A stretch of 64,000 nt of DNA, from the NCBI RefSeq assembly GCF_021028975.2, contig NC_059432.1, positions 42,656,001 to 42,720,000 of the forward strand, written 5' to 3'. Position numbers and translations under genes: made by a program. Of this stretch, positions 11,101 to 23,899 are shown in pieces; the stretch's first letter is position 1; every line of letters begins with the position of its first letter. The notes under the pieces are model-generated. The model ran no database searches. It saw only the letters and a program-made list of their open reading frames with translations, and was not told the DNA's origin. The stretch comes from Sphaerodactylus townsendi (taxonomy: Eukaryota).

Positions 11101-14100
11101 AAATTGCTTAGAATGCTTTTAATATTTTTTATTTTATTTTTATGGTACTGTGTTTTAGGATGTTATACAGTGTGAATTCATATCAGCCTCCATTATAATT
11201 ATGTTAAATAGAGATAATGAAAGTGAATTTTAAAAGCATCAGATTTTAACCTTCTATCAGTGTGTGTCTCATTCTCTTAAATATCCTTACATGCTACATG
11301 TTCAAGAAAATGAGTGGGCTGAAATACTATAATTTTGGAACCTATCCTACAGTAACCATAGCACGGTTCAAATTACTCCATATGCCTTTCTCAATTTGAC
11401 ATGCAAATGTCAAAGTTTGTCACTATTATATCTTTATATTCCCACTGAAATTACTGCATGGAAGTGCTGATTCGGTTTCTTTCTGGTGAAATATAGCTTT
11501 GCAAGCCAACTCTATGTGCCAAATATTTCATATTTGCTCACACAAATAATGACTACATTCAGCATTTACATAATATGTGCTCCCTTTCTCTTGAGGAAGA
11601 TCATCATTTTATAAAAGTTCACTTAATTTTAGTCTAAACAGTGTGTCAAATCTGTATTTGTATCTTTCCCATACATTGAAGTCTAATGACAGCTTTTAGA
11701 CACATGCATAGAATATTTAGGATGCTCAAATAAATAACTGGTACCTGTTCTCTATATCAAAAGTCAGTTTTTTTTTTATACTGTGGTTTTAAACATGGAA
11801 TTCTTCTTAAAATCATTTTGGTAGCACTTTTTTTTTAAAAAAAAACTTCTTTTCCTTTAATTATTTTCTTTCTTTAATGGGTGACTGGATAAATTCAGTG
11901 GTGGATTTTTGTGACACTAAAGCAGCAGATAAGTCTATGATGCACTCTAGCTATGTGGTTTAAAAATCCCTTACCATATGTTTTCTCACTGGAATGCCTC
12001 ATCTTGCAAAATTATAGGAACCGAAGCTTAAAAACACAATTTGGTAGTTTTAAAAGAAGTATTAAAGAAATATCACATATTTTCAGATTCACCTGCTATT
12101 TTTTTTTCTTTCTCACCCCTTTCCCTTCCATTCTGCTTTGTGCTATTTTATTTTAGTTGTTCAAGAAACTCCACTGTATTTCAGCATCTTTTATGTAGTT
12201 ATAGGACAATGAAAAAGGGGGTAAAAGTATTAAAAGCTGGTTGGCAATGACTCCTTGCTTATATATATTTTCTTCTCTTTTTGCATGCTTTAAATCTTCT
12301 GCAAAGACAAGTTGTGCCAATTCTTGCTTTCATTTTTTCCTAAGGTATTCTAAAATCTATACCAGAATTTCCACTGAGGGGAAAAATGTAAGGAAAGATA
12401 ATATAGATACACAAGCAAATGCAAATAAAAGTATAAACTTCCTGGGACTTAAAAACTTTTGAGATTTTATACTGTCGACACATTCTAAACCATTTTAGTT
12501 TCTTCACCACTGCCAGTAAAAACAACAAATATAGTCAGAAACTCTTGTATGTTATTTTAGCCCTTCTCTACATGCCATTAATGAATGTCTGTCTAACCCA
12601 TTTTTGTTTTTTATTAGAGGTCTTTTACATTTGCTGTAAGTCAGCACATGGTCACTTTAAGTCTAGCAGTATATTCTCACCTGTTTAGAGAATGGAAATT
12701 AAACATAATATCCTCTCTATGATGAATGCAAATCAGACATTGTGGGATTTCTAAGATATTGCAATTACAGTGGCTATGTTTGATAAGAAACGAGGATTGT
12801 CTCTGTGAAACTTCTGGCTACACTTCAATGTCAGTGTTTTAATTTATTCCAAATTTTCAGCTAAATCAACCTAAAAGTATTTTTTGAGACAGAGAAAGAA
12901 ACGTAGAAAGACATAAATGAGCTATTGCAGTGCATCACATCACAAACAGAGCTATTTTGCAACACGAGAAAAGATTTTTTTTTTAAAAAAAATTCTGCTG
13001 TTTGTCAGTTTATATTCTTTAAATAAAATGTGTCACTATGGCATAGCTTTAAATATGTCATACCTATCTTAGTGGCTCCCTGCACATGACTAAGAGGAAT
13101 CTGATGTGAGATTTAAAGCCTTAATTGACATATTCTGCAGTGATTTGACAATAGACTTGGTGAATGGATGCTAAACACTCACAAACAAGGAATGTTTTCT
13201 TTGTCACTCATGCCTGTGAGCTGTGCCTTTTTCTTTTTCTTTCTTTGCACCCCTGTAACCTGCCTTAAGGACTCTTTTTCTTTCTGTCTTTATTTTTTTT
13301 TTACTTTACTGGATGAACTATCAATGTTTCCCAGGATAACAAATCTTCTTTTACAACACTTGGTGGAGTTTGGTTAGGGGCTACCTCTGAGCAACATGAA
13401 CTCGGCCTTGCTGTGTGTCTTACACTAATACCTTCACTATGGTAAAGAATCAGGGTACTTCAGAAACAGCCTGAAGCCATACAGCTGATTATTTCACCAA
13501 ATTTGCATCTTTTCAACAGTAATGGGGATGTCTTTCACAAATGCTCCCAGGCTCTAAATAGATGCTAAGTGGTTGTTTCTAGTTCCTTCTCGCTCTGGGG
13601 CCTCTTGAGAGTCGCTTCCCATCCCACCCACTTTGCTAGCCCACCGCTTAGCCCTCTGGCAGCTGTGCACTGCTCCTGGTGTCTAGCAGAACCCTACAGA
13701 AGGGCTTGCATTTAGTAAGTTGGCCAAGTGAATACAGGCCTCACATGGGACTACCCACAATAATGCCTGCCTGCACAAGATAGTGGTTATTCTCTCTTCC
13801 TGGGGAGCAAAATAAATGGACTCCAGGAAACAGGAATAATCTCAGGTGTCCTTTGACTTCTTGGTTTATATAGCCTGTCTTGCAAGGATGAGATGTGTGT
13901 TTCCTACTGAGATAGTTAACATAGTTGGGTTCTTCAGCTCAAGGAAATCTGTGGAGTATGCATGAAAGACAAGAGAGTGAAGTAGGGCTTGAAAAGAGAT
14001 GGGGTGGATAGAGAGCAATTGAAGAGCTACATATTCTCCTGTGTGTGATAGAATGTCAGTGATGAGGAGAGTTGGGGAGAGGGAAGGACTATGAATGCAT

Positions 14101-14713
14101 TTACAAGAGCTTCTCTTGGTCCTTTGAAGGATAAATTAGGGTAGAAGAACCCCTCCCCCATATTTTGCTTGGCTGAGCAAGGCCTATAAAAAAGAGAAAG
14201 ACACAGGGATTTGTTTTTGAAAGCAAATACATAGGAAAAATGGAGCAAGAAACTGAAGTGTGGACGTGATTTTTTAAAAAGGAAAACACCACACAGAAAT
14301 TTCAGCTTCAGCTTTCACTGGGGCAGCATCGTTTGTGCATAGTGGAAGTGAGGTCCTCTGAGCCTGCTCATTACACAGGGCTCTGGGAGACTGGCCCGCC
14401 TGAGCCAGTTTCGTGGAGAAATTAGCAAGGACTTAAATGCCAAATGGCTTGTAATATCCAGACTATACATAGATTCCATTTAGAACAGCCATCCATGTAA
14501 GACATGTCAAGAAAATTTTTCAAGCTTGTATTTTTTTAAAAAATCCCAAAATGAACCCACACTACATAGTTGCAAAAGGTTACCAGCCTCCAGAAGGGAC
14601 TGATCCCCAGACTACAGAGATCAATTTCCATGGAGAGAATCACAGTTCCCACACCCTTATTCCACCTTAATCCACAACATTCAGTGAGATTAATTCAAAA
14701 TATTCAAAAGTAA

Positions 14714-15172
14714 GGCCGTTTCTGCATGGCGTCGATGGGGGTTGGGTCGGCACATTCCGCACCGACCCAACCCCCCTGGGACCGCTCGCATGAACGGTCC
14801 CAGAAACAGCTGGGACGACGCGCCGCGGAGCTCTGTCGCCCGGCCGACCCGGCTTGTCCCTGGCCCTCCGGTGTGTCGCCGGGGCCTGGAGACACGCCCC
14901 CCAGCCCTGCGCACCTGCTTCAGCGTTGCAGGGCAGGGGGGCGTGTCCCCAGGCCTCAGCGACGCGCCGGAGGGCCGGAGACCAGGTAAGTGAAGGGTGG
15001 GAGTGGGGGGGGAGGGCACCTTGGAGCCGCTGCCGTTTGCACGGCAGCGGCTCCAAGCCGGCGTTTCCCAACAACCTCGCTCCCTGAGCGAGGTTGGGAA
15101 ATGCCGGCTTCGCGCCTGTCAGGCGTTTTTGCCGTCCCCAGGCCGCCATAAAACGCCCGTGCAGAAAGGGCC
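14714..15172 (+). mobile_element. PIF/Harbinger-like MITE family A copy 2
   Basis: TIRs GGCCGTTTCTGCATGG / CCGTGCAGAAAGGGCC, with a 3-bp TSD TAA on both sides. Confidence 0.9.
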
Positions 15173-16018
15173 TAAGAATTGATGCTTTGATTTGGATAGG
15201 TCTTCCTGGGATAGAATATTCTAATTGTGTGATAGCAAGCATAGTACTGTGATGTCATTTTAGTATTGACTTTGTACAGAGATAATTGCGGTAGCTGCAG
15301 GGATTCTAATGGAATATAGTGTTGATGATGGGTTTTTGGATGTGCTTGGTCTGCAGACAATTCAATGGAAAAGTTTACTTAACAATGAAGATTGTGAGAA
15401 ATAGGATCAGACAGCAAAACAGGTATTAACACTTCAACATAAAAATAATCTGATAACCACTAATTTGAAGCTTGAATATAGTATGCTTTTATTTTATTAC
15501 TTTCTTTCAAAGCTAGCATGCTTGTCTGACATATTTTTTTTAAAGCCTTCTGTATAAACAGTGCTTTGGAATGATCAGATGTGATTTGATTGTATTACAT
15601 TTTTCGATAACAGGGCATTCTGAAAGTAGTTATGAAGTATCTAATACTATTTTATACAGGTAGGGTTTTTTTGCCTTTCAAACTACTAAATATCTGTCCT
15701 GTAAGTGGCTATTAATGTACCTACCATCTATTATCAACTTAAATGACGAATTGACACTAGCAAGAAAAAAATCACAGCATTTTAGAGCTTTAAGACAAGT
15801 TCTTATTTGGAGCACTTTTTAATTTATTTTTATTCATTCATTCATTTATTTTCATTGTAGTAGAACAGGCCTTTATTTTCAGTTTCTTATAAGAAATGAT
15901 GCTCCAGGATGAAAATAAAATTGTGAAACTAAACAAAAACAATAGAAAAGGTTTTGTTTGTTCACTTCAGTATTGTCTACTGTAGTTGAGGTCTTGTTTA
16001 CAAGAAGATCCCCCAGCC

Positions 16019-16140
16019 CAGGGGTAGGGAACCTGCGGCTCTCCAGATGTTCAGGAACTACAATTCCCATCAGCCTCTGTCAGCATGGCCAATTGGCCAT
16101 GCTGGTGAGAACTGATAATGGTTCCCTGAGCTATCTGGAG
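16019..16140. mobile_element. Partial palindromic hAT-type MITE
   Basis: Near-identical to 586-680. Confidence 0.8.
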
Positions 16141-16809
16141 AGCTCCTTCCCTGTTCTGCAATCCTCAATTTCCAAACTTTTTACTAACATTTGCTATTGC
16201 TCCTATAAAGGCAGCTTCATCTGCAAAGATTAATCTTGATGAATGGCTATATCACTTGGTATGAAAAGCTTCAACTGAGCATTTGTGCAGCAAGCTGTTG
16301 TTAAGGCAGAGGAGCTGGCTGACTTTCTCCCAGATTCTAATGTATTGCCCCTCCCAGCTTGCCATACTAGTAAGTGCAGTAATTGAGTAACAGTAATTTC
16401 ACTATTTCAGCTGTAATTCAATTTTGCTCTTCCTTGCAGCTCGTTAAGCTCAAGATCTCCCTCTGATGTTCCTTTCGTGATTATAATGAATTAATAATTG
16501 GTATAGTATCTTCTGTGTAGCTTCCTCTTCAGGATTCTTTCAAGGGACACCCTTGGGTGAAAGGTGGGGCAGAAATGTTTTACAATTCAACAGCAACTTA
16601 TGCACCATGTTTGAACTGATGGATGATACCAGACTTGCCTTTCCAAGAAACCAATATATGCAGCAATGAAGATCAGACCCCCATTCCCCAATTATTTCTT
16701 TTGGTAGCATTCTATCTGCTTTCTCTTTGTGTTTTGAAGGGGAGGAAGATGGCAATACACCTCTCACAACTAACAATATCCACAGTCCTTACTCAATTAT
16801 CAAGCCTGG

Positions 16810-16957
16810 ATAGGGTGGGGTGGAGTTTTGGAAGTGTAATGCACAAAGTCCTCCCCCCAAAACTACCATTTTCTCCAGGGGAACTGATAACTGTTGTCTG
16901 GAGTTTGGTTGTAATCCCAGGGGATCTCCAGGCCTCACCTGCAGGCTGGCAACCCTA
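16810..16957 (-). mobile_element. Fragment of a non-autonomous hAT element with TAGGGTTGCCA terminus (Blackjack/MER53-like TIR)
   Basis: Ends in TGGCAACCCTA. Body shared with 14576-14640, 18915-18990, 32566-32755, 38722-38920 and 43360-43558. Confidence 0.65.
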
Positions 16958-17234
16958 CATGAGGTATCAGGTCCCCTGATTTTTTTAAGAAAAACTTCCT
17001 TTAGCTACTACTGAAAAGGCTACATGAAGTCTGTTTTGGCACAATTAATCAAGCCGCCCTAGTTCTGCCTTTATTTTTTTTAAAGCATAGCTTCTCTGTT
17101 TAAAGCCTAACGTGATTCAGCAATGGGAAAATGTACTTATCACTTCCAAATACTGGTCCAACAAGTAAAGATACTGTTCTCCATATCAGGCACGCTGGTA
17201 CATTTGAGAATGAGAATATGATGAAATTACTACA

Positions 17235-17412
17235 TAGGGTGTCAAGACTAGGATCTGAGAGATCCAGGTTTGAATCTAAACTCTGCCATGGCCTAGTCAC
17301 ATGCTCTACAATCTAACCTACTTCAAGGCTAGTTGTGAAGATAAAATGGCAGACAGGAGAACAATGTAAGCCACTTTGGGGGAAAAGGTAGGGTATAAAT
17401 GAAGCAAATAAA
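17235..17412 (+). mobile_element. Old tRNA-derived SINE fragment
   Basis: Degenerate B-box (GGTTTGAATC), body resembling the other SINE copies, tail ending AAATAAAT. Confidence 0.5.
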
Positions 17413-17967
17413 TTCCTTCGAATTGTGGTTATTTTGTCCAGTTGGAAAATTATCTGAATGATACTGATATTAAGGTATCAAGCATGACCTTTATTTTTAT
17501 AGACATTGCATATACTTTAGGATACTATCATATCATGGAACATTTTGATCTGTTTTTGTCCATGCTGTTAGAAGAAACACAGGATACATTTTTGTGCTTT
17601 ATCCTTTATAATGAAGAACAAAACCACTGCTCACTGTTTGTGGGGGTGGGTGGGTGATTTAACTAGAACTAAGGAGTGTCATTTAGGCCCTAGAAGATCT
17701 CAGAAGAAAGACAATTCCTCTAAAAACAGATCAGCAACAGTAGCACTTTGCTTGCTGCCTTACATATGAAGCTAGAACGTCTCAGTGCTCCTTACTTCCC
17801 TGTGTCTGTATCCAAGCGATTACACAGCCCTAACTAACTTCTCTAAAGCTTGTCTCACGAGCTGCCGAGATACTGTGTTGCCCCTCAAACAGAATGCACA
17901 GAACTCTTTGTCAGAAGCATTCAAGGAACCCAGTGCTGACTACAGCAAGGGGAAAGGTAAAATAAAA

Positions 17968-18300
17968 ATGGCTGTTGCTGAGTTTGTGTGACTGCACCGT
18001 GTAAATCCCCCATCAGCCTTAAAAATTATGGAGAATGCTGAGGATATCTGGAAAAGGTTCAAACAGCAATTTGAACTGCGAATCAAAGCCGCAGGGGCTA
18101 GTAAAATGGAAGATGAGCAAGCAAATGGCAGTGTTTTTTGTCAGTTGGGCCAGTACACTGGAGATAAAACCACACATTTCAGACTGATGATTAGGATCAA
18201 GAAGAGAAGAAAAAGCGGAAAGAAAATGTTGGAAGGTCGTTGCATCCTGGAAGAAATATTGATGCTTTTAATTTGGACTATTCATAGATATTAGCTTTGG
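17968..18300 (+). mobile_element. Degenerate Ty3/Gypsy gag N-terminus
   Basis: Translation NPPSALKIMENAEDIWKRFKQQFELRIKAAGASK matches the PP..L...GN..ENW..FKQ.FELY..A.G pattern of Mag-type Gypsy gag. Contains stops and frameshifts. Confidence 0.65.
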
Positions 18301-20662
18301 AGTTCAATAGTCAAATGGCACTGTTTGGCACTTAGAAACAGACTGTCAGTTTTTATGAAGGAATGCTTTAAAATGTTTCTCTGCCATGCCTTAGGGCTCA
18401 GAATGGTTAGTCTGTCAGCAAGCCTAATTCAAGCTGCAGTACTACTGGCCAGTATACTATCAATGAATGAGATGACTTGGATTTAATTCTCAACATGAAC
18501 TTATTTGCAAATCATGTTGCTTTGTGAATTATTGTTATACATGGACCTAGAGGATATCTAGGTTCAAATTGTTTGGAGAATGACTTTGGACTATCAAGTT
18601 CTTGATAGAATGGGTAGATTACTGTATTTATTTCATTTTTATTCCACCATTCCACTGAAGTGTTGAAGATGAAGCATGCAGTGCTCCTCATTTAGTCACC
18701 ACAGCAAACTTTCAAGGATGCTGTGAGAACTGAGTCAAAAAGAGATTCCAAAAGTTCACTGACAAAAGTTAACAAATTATCAGGTACTAATGATTTAAAC
18801 CTAAGAATTCTTTAAGAACTCAAAAATACAACTGCTGATCTAACAAAACTGGCATGTAATTTGTTAATCAAATCAACCTCTGTGGCAGAAAATCAGAAAA
18901 AAGGAATCCAGGCAAGGTTGCCTACTTTTAGGTGGTGGTTGAAGATTCTCCTGGAGGCGGAGGACATCTTGCTGTGGGGTGATTCTACACCCTTTCTTAG
19001 GGAGACACACAATAGTTTTCTGTCACTTCCTGTCTGTGTCTGGGTGCCATATTTACTCAGTATTTTTCCTGCCTCTTAAGGGAGAGCACAGCTTTTGTTC
19101 AGGCTCCCTTATACTTAGAGTTGTTGGCATTTCCCATTGTCCTATCTCTGTGCTTTTGTGTAGTGTTGTTCTGTGTCACGTCTACCCCTCATGTCCACCC
19201 ACCCCAATGTGTGTTTAGACTGAAAAAGGGAAACATATCGTTAGAACCTCACTATCGAATAGTTTCCCACCATTTTTGCAATCCAAGATGGTGGACAGGT
19301 CTTTTTCTCCTCAGAAGAAGTTTGTCAAAACTTTGGCAGAGGGGACCAGAGCACCTACATGCAGAGAGGCGTACTCCCCCTCAGGAAGCCAGCAGACTGA
19401 CTCTGAGGAGGGTAACCAAACCTGCCCGGGAGGCTGGCAGGCTGACCCAGGGCCAGGGAAGATGGCTCCGGAGTGGAAAAACATCATGTTCCAGAACCGA
19501 GGTGCCCAGCGTCTCCAGAGTGTGTCAGTTCCCAGAACAAGACCACAGACTGCTCCTTCACCCCTGACAGCACAGAAACAACAGCGGCTGCCCACATTTC
19601 CAATGCAAGGAGGCAAGGAGGAGAGCACATCATGTCAGGGGGAGCGGGGAGAACGCAGAAGCAGAGGCGCACTCGTCCTTACTCGTGAGTAGCCCCGCAG
19701 GCTGGCAGAATGTTTCACCAAGTGAATTTGCTGTGCGAGACGAAATAGAGCATTACCATCAGAGCAAGGAGATCATGGCTAGGCTTCCCAAACCCCATCA
19801 GCATTCGAGGTTGCGATCTAGGTCTCCTCCATCTTTGCTTAGGAGTCAGTACAGAGTACCTCACCAGTAAGGGATTGGCATCTATCGTAAAGATGTTATA
19901 TATTGTCCCAGATTACGTTAATAGGATGCTATAAGTGCCCTTAGTAGATGCCCCAGTGGCAGCCCTCCAACTGGGCGAAGGGCTGGTCTCCAAAGATGGA
20001 GAGACGAACCTTAAAGATTCCTTGGATAAACGTTCAGACATGGCCCTCAGAAGATCTCGCGAATGTTGGCCATAGCCATAAAGGCCCTCACCCCATCCTC
20101 AACCATAGCCAGAGCAGTCATAGTCTGGATTCGTTGAATCCTGGAAATGCTTCCCCCTGAGAGCAGGGCATCAGGGAAGGTATAGAACGTGTCCTGATTG
20201 GGGTTTCTCTTTTTGCTTTTTTGCTGACTCAACGTTTGATGCACTTACCTTGGCATCCCACTCCATGGCCTCCACAGTACTGGTGTGACATAATGCTTGA
20301 CTCTGAGCCTGTCAGGCTGACCCACACTCCAAAATGGTAGGTGCGGGCGTGCTACCATTCCAGGGTGACATGCTATTTGGCAGGGAACTGGAACAAGTCC
20401 TCATAGAAGCCAAGGACAAGAAAAAATCCATGCCTAGATTTGTCGCAGGCCTTGCCCCAAAATACTTTTAGGTTACAGGTCACTTCCAAGAACACCCAGG
20501 AATGGCAGATGTCCTGCCTGGCAAATATAGCATTCCTTTTGCAGATGTGGAAATTTTCAGCCCTCTGGCAAACCCAAGAAGTTCCTCAGGGCAAACAGAT
20601 CTTCCAGAACATGACTACGAGGGGTTCCCAGTCAGAGGTCGTCTTCTCTACTTTCAAGACCA

Positions 20663-21472
20663 GTGGGTAGGGAATCATGTCGACTCCTGGACCAGGGACA
20701 TCATCTCGACAGATTATGTAATAGAATTCTCCCACTGCCTGAAACAACGCTTCCTCTTTTACCCACTAAGCATCAGCCCCGACAAGGCACTAAGGACCGC
20801 GTTAGCAATCCAGCATCTACTGTAAATATGGGAACAGAATTAGTCCCTACAATGGAGAGATCATTAGAGGTTTACTTTCATTTTTTCACTATGCCCAAAA
20901 GGAATGGGGAATGGAGAGCCATCCTGAATCTTCAATTTGTAAACAAACACCTCAGACTATGCAGGTTCAGAATGAAAATGCTTTACACCATCATGGAAGC
21001 ACTCCAAAGGGAAGACTTCCTGACCTCACTAGATCTCATAGAATCTTACCTACAAGTCCCCATTCACCCATCCCACAGATGCTACCTTAGCTTTGCAGTA
21101 GGGAATGACCACTTCCAATTTTGGGCTCTTCCAATTGGACTAGCAACGGCACCAAAGGTATTCTCAAAGGTCCTTTTGGCCCCAATCATCCTCCCCTGGC
21201 AGCAAGGTATTCATATTCATCCTTACCTGGACAACATTTTAATCAAGATCCAAGTCAAGGGAACAGGCCATCTTCAATGTAAACGTGTCTTGCAAGTGCT
21301 TCAGCAGCATGGAATCCTGGTAAACCAGGAGAAGAGCACTCTAGTGCCATCTCAGAAGATAGAACATCTAGGAGTACTAATAATTCTGAAGATTCAGAGG
21401 ATGTGTCAGCAATCCTGGCAACCAGGGACTCCTTGCTCTTATAGTTCACCAGCCTCATGGGACTCTTCATAG
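20663..21472 (+). pseudogene. DIRS reverse transcriptase (degenerate)
   Basis: Motifs YFHFFTMPKRNGEWRAILNL..VNK, SLDLIESYLQVPI, FQFWALPIGLATAPKVFSK, HPYLDNILI (YLDD mutated to YLDN), EKS.LVPSQKIEHLG. Confidence 0.9.
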
Positions 21473-21552
21473 CTACAATAGACATGGTCCAGTGGGGTTG
21501 GCTACACATCAGACCCCTTCAACAGTTCCTGCGGCCTTACTAACTGGATATT

Positions 21553-21990
21553 ATGAACAAGAAGGAGCAAACCAGAGTCAGTGCAAGTCAGCTTTCGGTG
21601 GTGGATTTCCCTCCAGATCGAGTTCAGATTTTCATGAACGCAAATCTGCAAGGATGGGGGGCCACACTGAGAACTCAATTTGTCCAGGGAAAATGGTCAA
21701 GGGAACAAGATTACCTTCCGATCAAAGTACTGGAGAACCAGGAAATCCTGTTGGCCCTGCAGCACTTCCAATCGTCGATCCGTCAACGCCACGTCCTGAT
21801 GCACACAGACAATGTTTCAGTGAAAATGTACTTAAACAACCAAGGGGGTGGTGGTCCAGATCTTTGCAGCTGCATTGAGAAGTGGTCAAGATCTTATCCT
21901 GGACAAAGAACACCTACTATCCAAGTGGGCCCTATCCAGGGACTACTGAACACCAAAGTGGACTGGCTAAGTAGGCAGACTGTCCTAGAG
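21553..21990 (+). pseudogene. DIRS RNase H (degenerate)
   Basis: Motifs MNANLQGWGA (decayed TDAS..GWGA), QGKWS....LPIKVLE, HVLMHTDN...KMYLNNQGG, IQGLLNTKVDWLSR. Confidence 0.85.
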
Positions 21991-22029
21991 TGGAATGGAC
22001 ACTCAACTGCTCGGTCTTTCAAGTCATAA

Positions 22030-22400
22030 TATTCCGCAGATGGATCTGTTTGCAATGACCATCGCGCAACGTGCAATGACCAACGTGCAGCTCCTGGTAT
22101 TCATCTCAAGACACTTTCATCCAAGAGCATATGGGGTGGACACTCTCTCCGTGCCATGGCCTCACCTTCTGCTGTATGCGTTTCCTCTGACCCCAGTGAT
22201 CCTGAAGATCACAGCAGAAGGAGCGAGAGTAATTTTGGTGGCGCTCTACTGGCCAAGGTGCCCTTGGTTTTTGATGATACAAGAGCTTTTGGTGGAACTC
22301 CTGTATGCCCTTCCAAAGATACTAAATGTGTTGGTCCAGAGGCCTCTATGGTACCTGAACCCCGAGTGCTCTGTTTGACCACATGGCTCTTGAATGGAGC
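22030..22400 (+). pseudogene. DIRS DNA N6-adenine methyltransferase-like domain (degenerate)
   Basis: Motifs PQMDLFA, LLYAFP, VILVALYWPRCPWF and LTTWLLNG, as in the MT domain that follows RNase H in DIRS1 elements. Confidence 0.75.
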
Positions 22401-23130
22401 AGGCTGAAAGGAAAGGGCTGTTTGGACAGAGTGACCTCGACACTACTAGACTCTCATCAACAAGCCACCACCAGGATTTATAATTCCTCCTGGAAGGCAT
22501 TTGTGCACTTGTGAAACAGGTCAACCCAGAAACATCATTGCTGGTCTTGGTCCTCTTGGTCCTGAAGTTTCTACAAGATGGATTTGACACTGGCCTTTGT
22601 AGTGCCACCCTCAGATGCCAAGTGGCAGCTCTCACCATTGTCTTGCCATTGTTCCAAGGAATCCCAGCCTCCTGACACCCAGCCATTACACTGAAAGGTG
22701 TTTATCAGATTCAACTGCCATAGACCCACAGTTTCCATCCTAGAGACTCCACTTCGTTCTCTCGGCACTGACGCATTCACCCTTTGAACCGGTTCAATCT
22801 ATTCATGCTGGTTAAGGATGAAACTATTCCTAGTAGCTGTTACATCAGCCAGGTGAGCATCAGAGCTGAGGGCTCTATCTGTGAACTTGAATCCATGCAG
22901 GTTTCATATTGATTGGGTCGTATTGCAAACTGATCCTACGTTTAAGCCTAAAGCAAGCTCTCCATTTCATTTATGCCAGGAAATTGTAATACTTAACTTC
23001 TATCCTAAGCCATCGCAGACTAGGGAGAGGCTTTGACACAACTTGGATGTTCAACACTCTCTCAAGGTGTTCACCCTAAGAACAGAGGAACTGAGGCAAA
23101 CAGAGAGCCTCTTTATTAATGTGACCCCAC
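22400..23130 (+). pseudogene. DIRS tyrosine recombinase, 3'-truncated
   Basis: Fragments LKFLQDGFDTGLCSATLRCQVAAL, FLVAVTSAR*ASELRALSV, FHIDWVVLQTDPTFKPK, QEIVILNFYP, LDVQHSL. The C-terminal HxxR and catalytic Tyr are not seen. Confidence 0.8.
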
Positions 23131-23149
23131 CGAACCTTGGATGTCAGAT

Positions 23150-23326
23150 GTCCAAAGCGGTAACACAACTGGATACAGTGTGTAACAGACTTCTCTCTGT
23201 GATACACCTCTGAAGATGCTAGCCACAGATTCAGGCAAAATGTTAGGAACAAGATCATGGCCACACAGCCTGGAAAACCCACAACAACCAGTTGAATCCA
23301 GCCGTGAAAGCCGTTGACAATACATT
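23150..23326 (+). mobile_element. Penelope-like element terminal repeat fragment with decayed hammerhead ribozyme core
   Basis: CCTCTGAAGATGCTAGCCACAGATTCAGGCAAAATGTTAGG...GGCCACACAGCCTGGAAAACCCACAAC resembles squamate Penelope terminal sequence as I recall it. CUGAnGA core at 23210-23216. Confidence 0.7.
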
Positions 23327-23899
23327 TATTGGCCACTGTTGGAAACAGGATGTTGAACTACATGGATCATCAGTGTGATCCATCATAGGTTTTAATCTTT
23401 CCCTCATGGCAGCCAACTCCCTTCATTACATTATAAAATACTGTGTTTTTCAGTCTTGCATCTGTAGATTGTTCCCTGCTGCCAAACCACAATTAGGACA
23501 GAATTTACTGCTTTCACACATTGAGACATGTGATGAGTTTGCAGTCAAGTGTGGCAAATCATACGTTTTGGGTTGGAACAGTGAATGATGGACCTTTATG
23601 CACCCAGAAATCACAGAATTGCAATAATGGAACTAGCCTGAAAGTTTCATGAAAACATTGTGCGACAATTAACTCTCATAGATCCCACAGAGGTATATTC
23701 AGAAACTTCATTGTGACAGCCAGTATGATGAGTTAGCTTACACACAAAACTGAAAGCTTCATAAAGAAACAAGGCACAGCTATCCCACACAATACGAAAA
23801 ATAATTATTGATAAATGGGAAATACTCTTAGTGACATCAGTTATAGGTGTCCTTCACAAGAGATTTTACATTTCCCACGAGTCCTCAACATTTCCCCAA

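Larger units (their letters stand above)
19000..23140 (+). mobile_element. Degenerate DIRS1-type tyrosine-recombinase retrotransposon (gag/ORF1, RT, RNase H, methyltransferase-like domain, truncated recombinase)
   Basis: Domain order and motifs are typical of vertebrate DIRS1. ORF1 end has LFG.ELEQVLIEAKDKKKSMP. Downstream come RT, RNase H, MT and YR motifs (see sub-features). Many stops and frameshifts; termini not resolved. Confidence 0.88.

Noticed and set aside
19276-20450. ORF1 region as a host LAP2alpha-like gene
   Set aside because: It is contiguous with DIRS RT/RH/YR and frameshifted, so it is the DIRS gag-like ORF.
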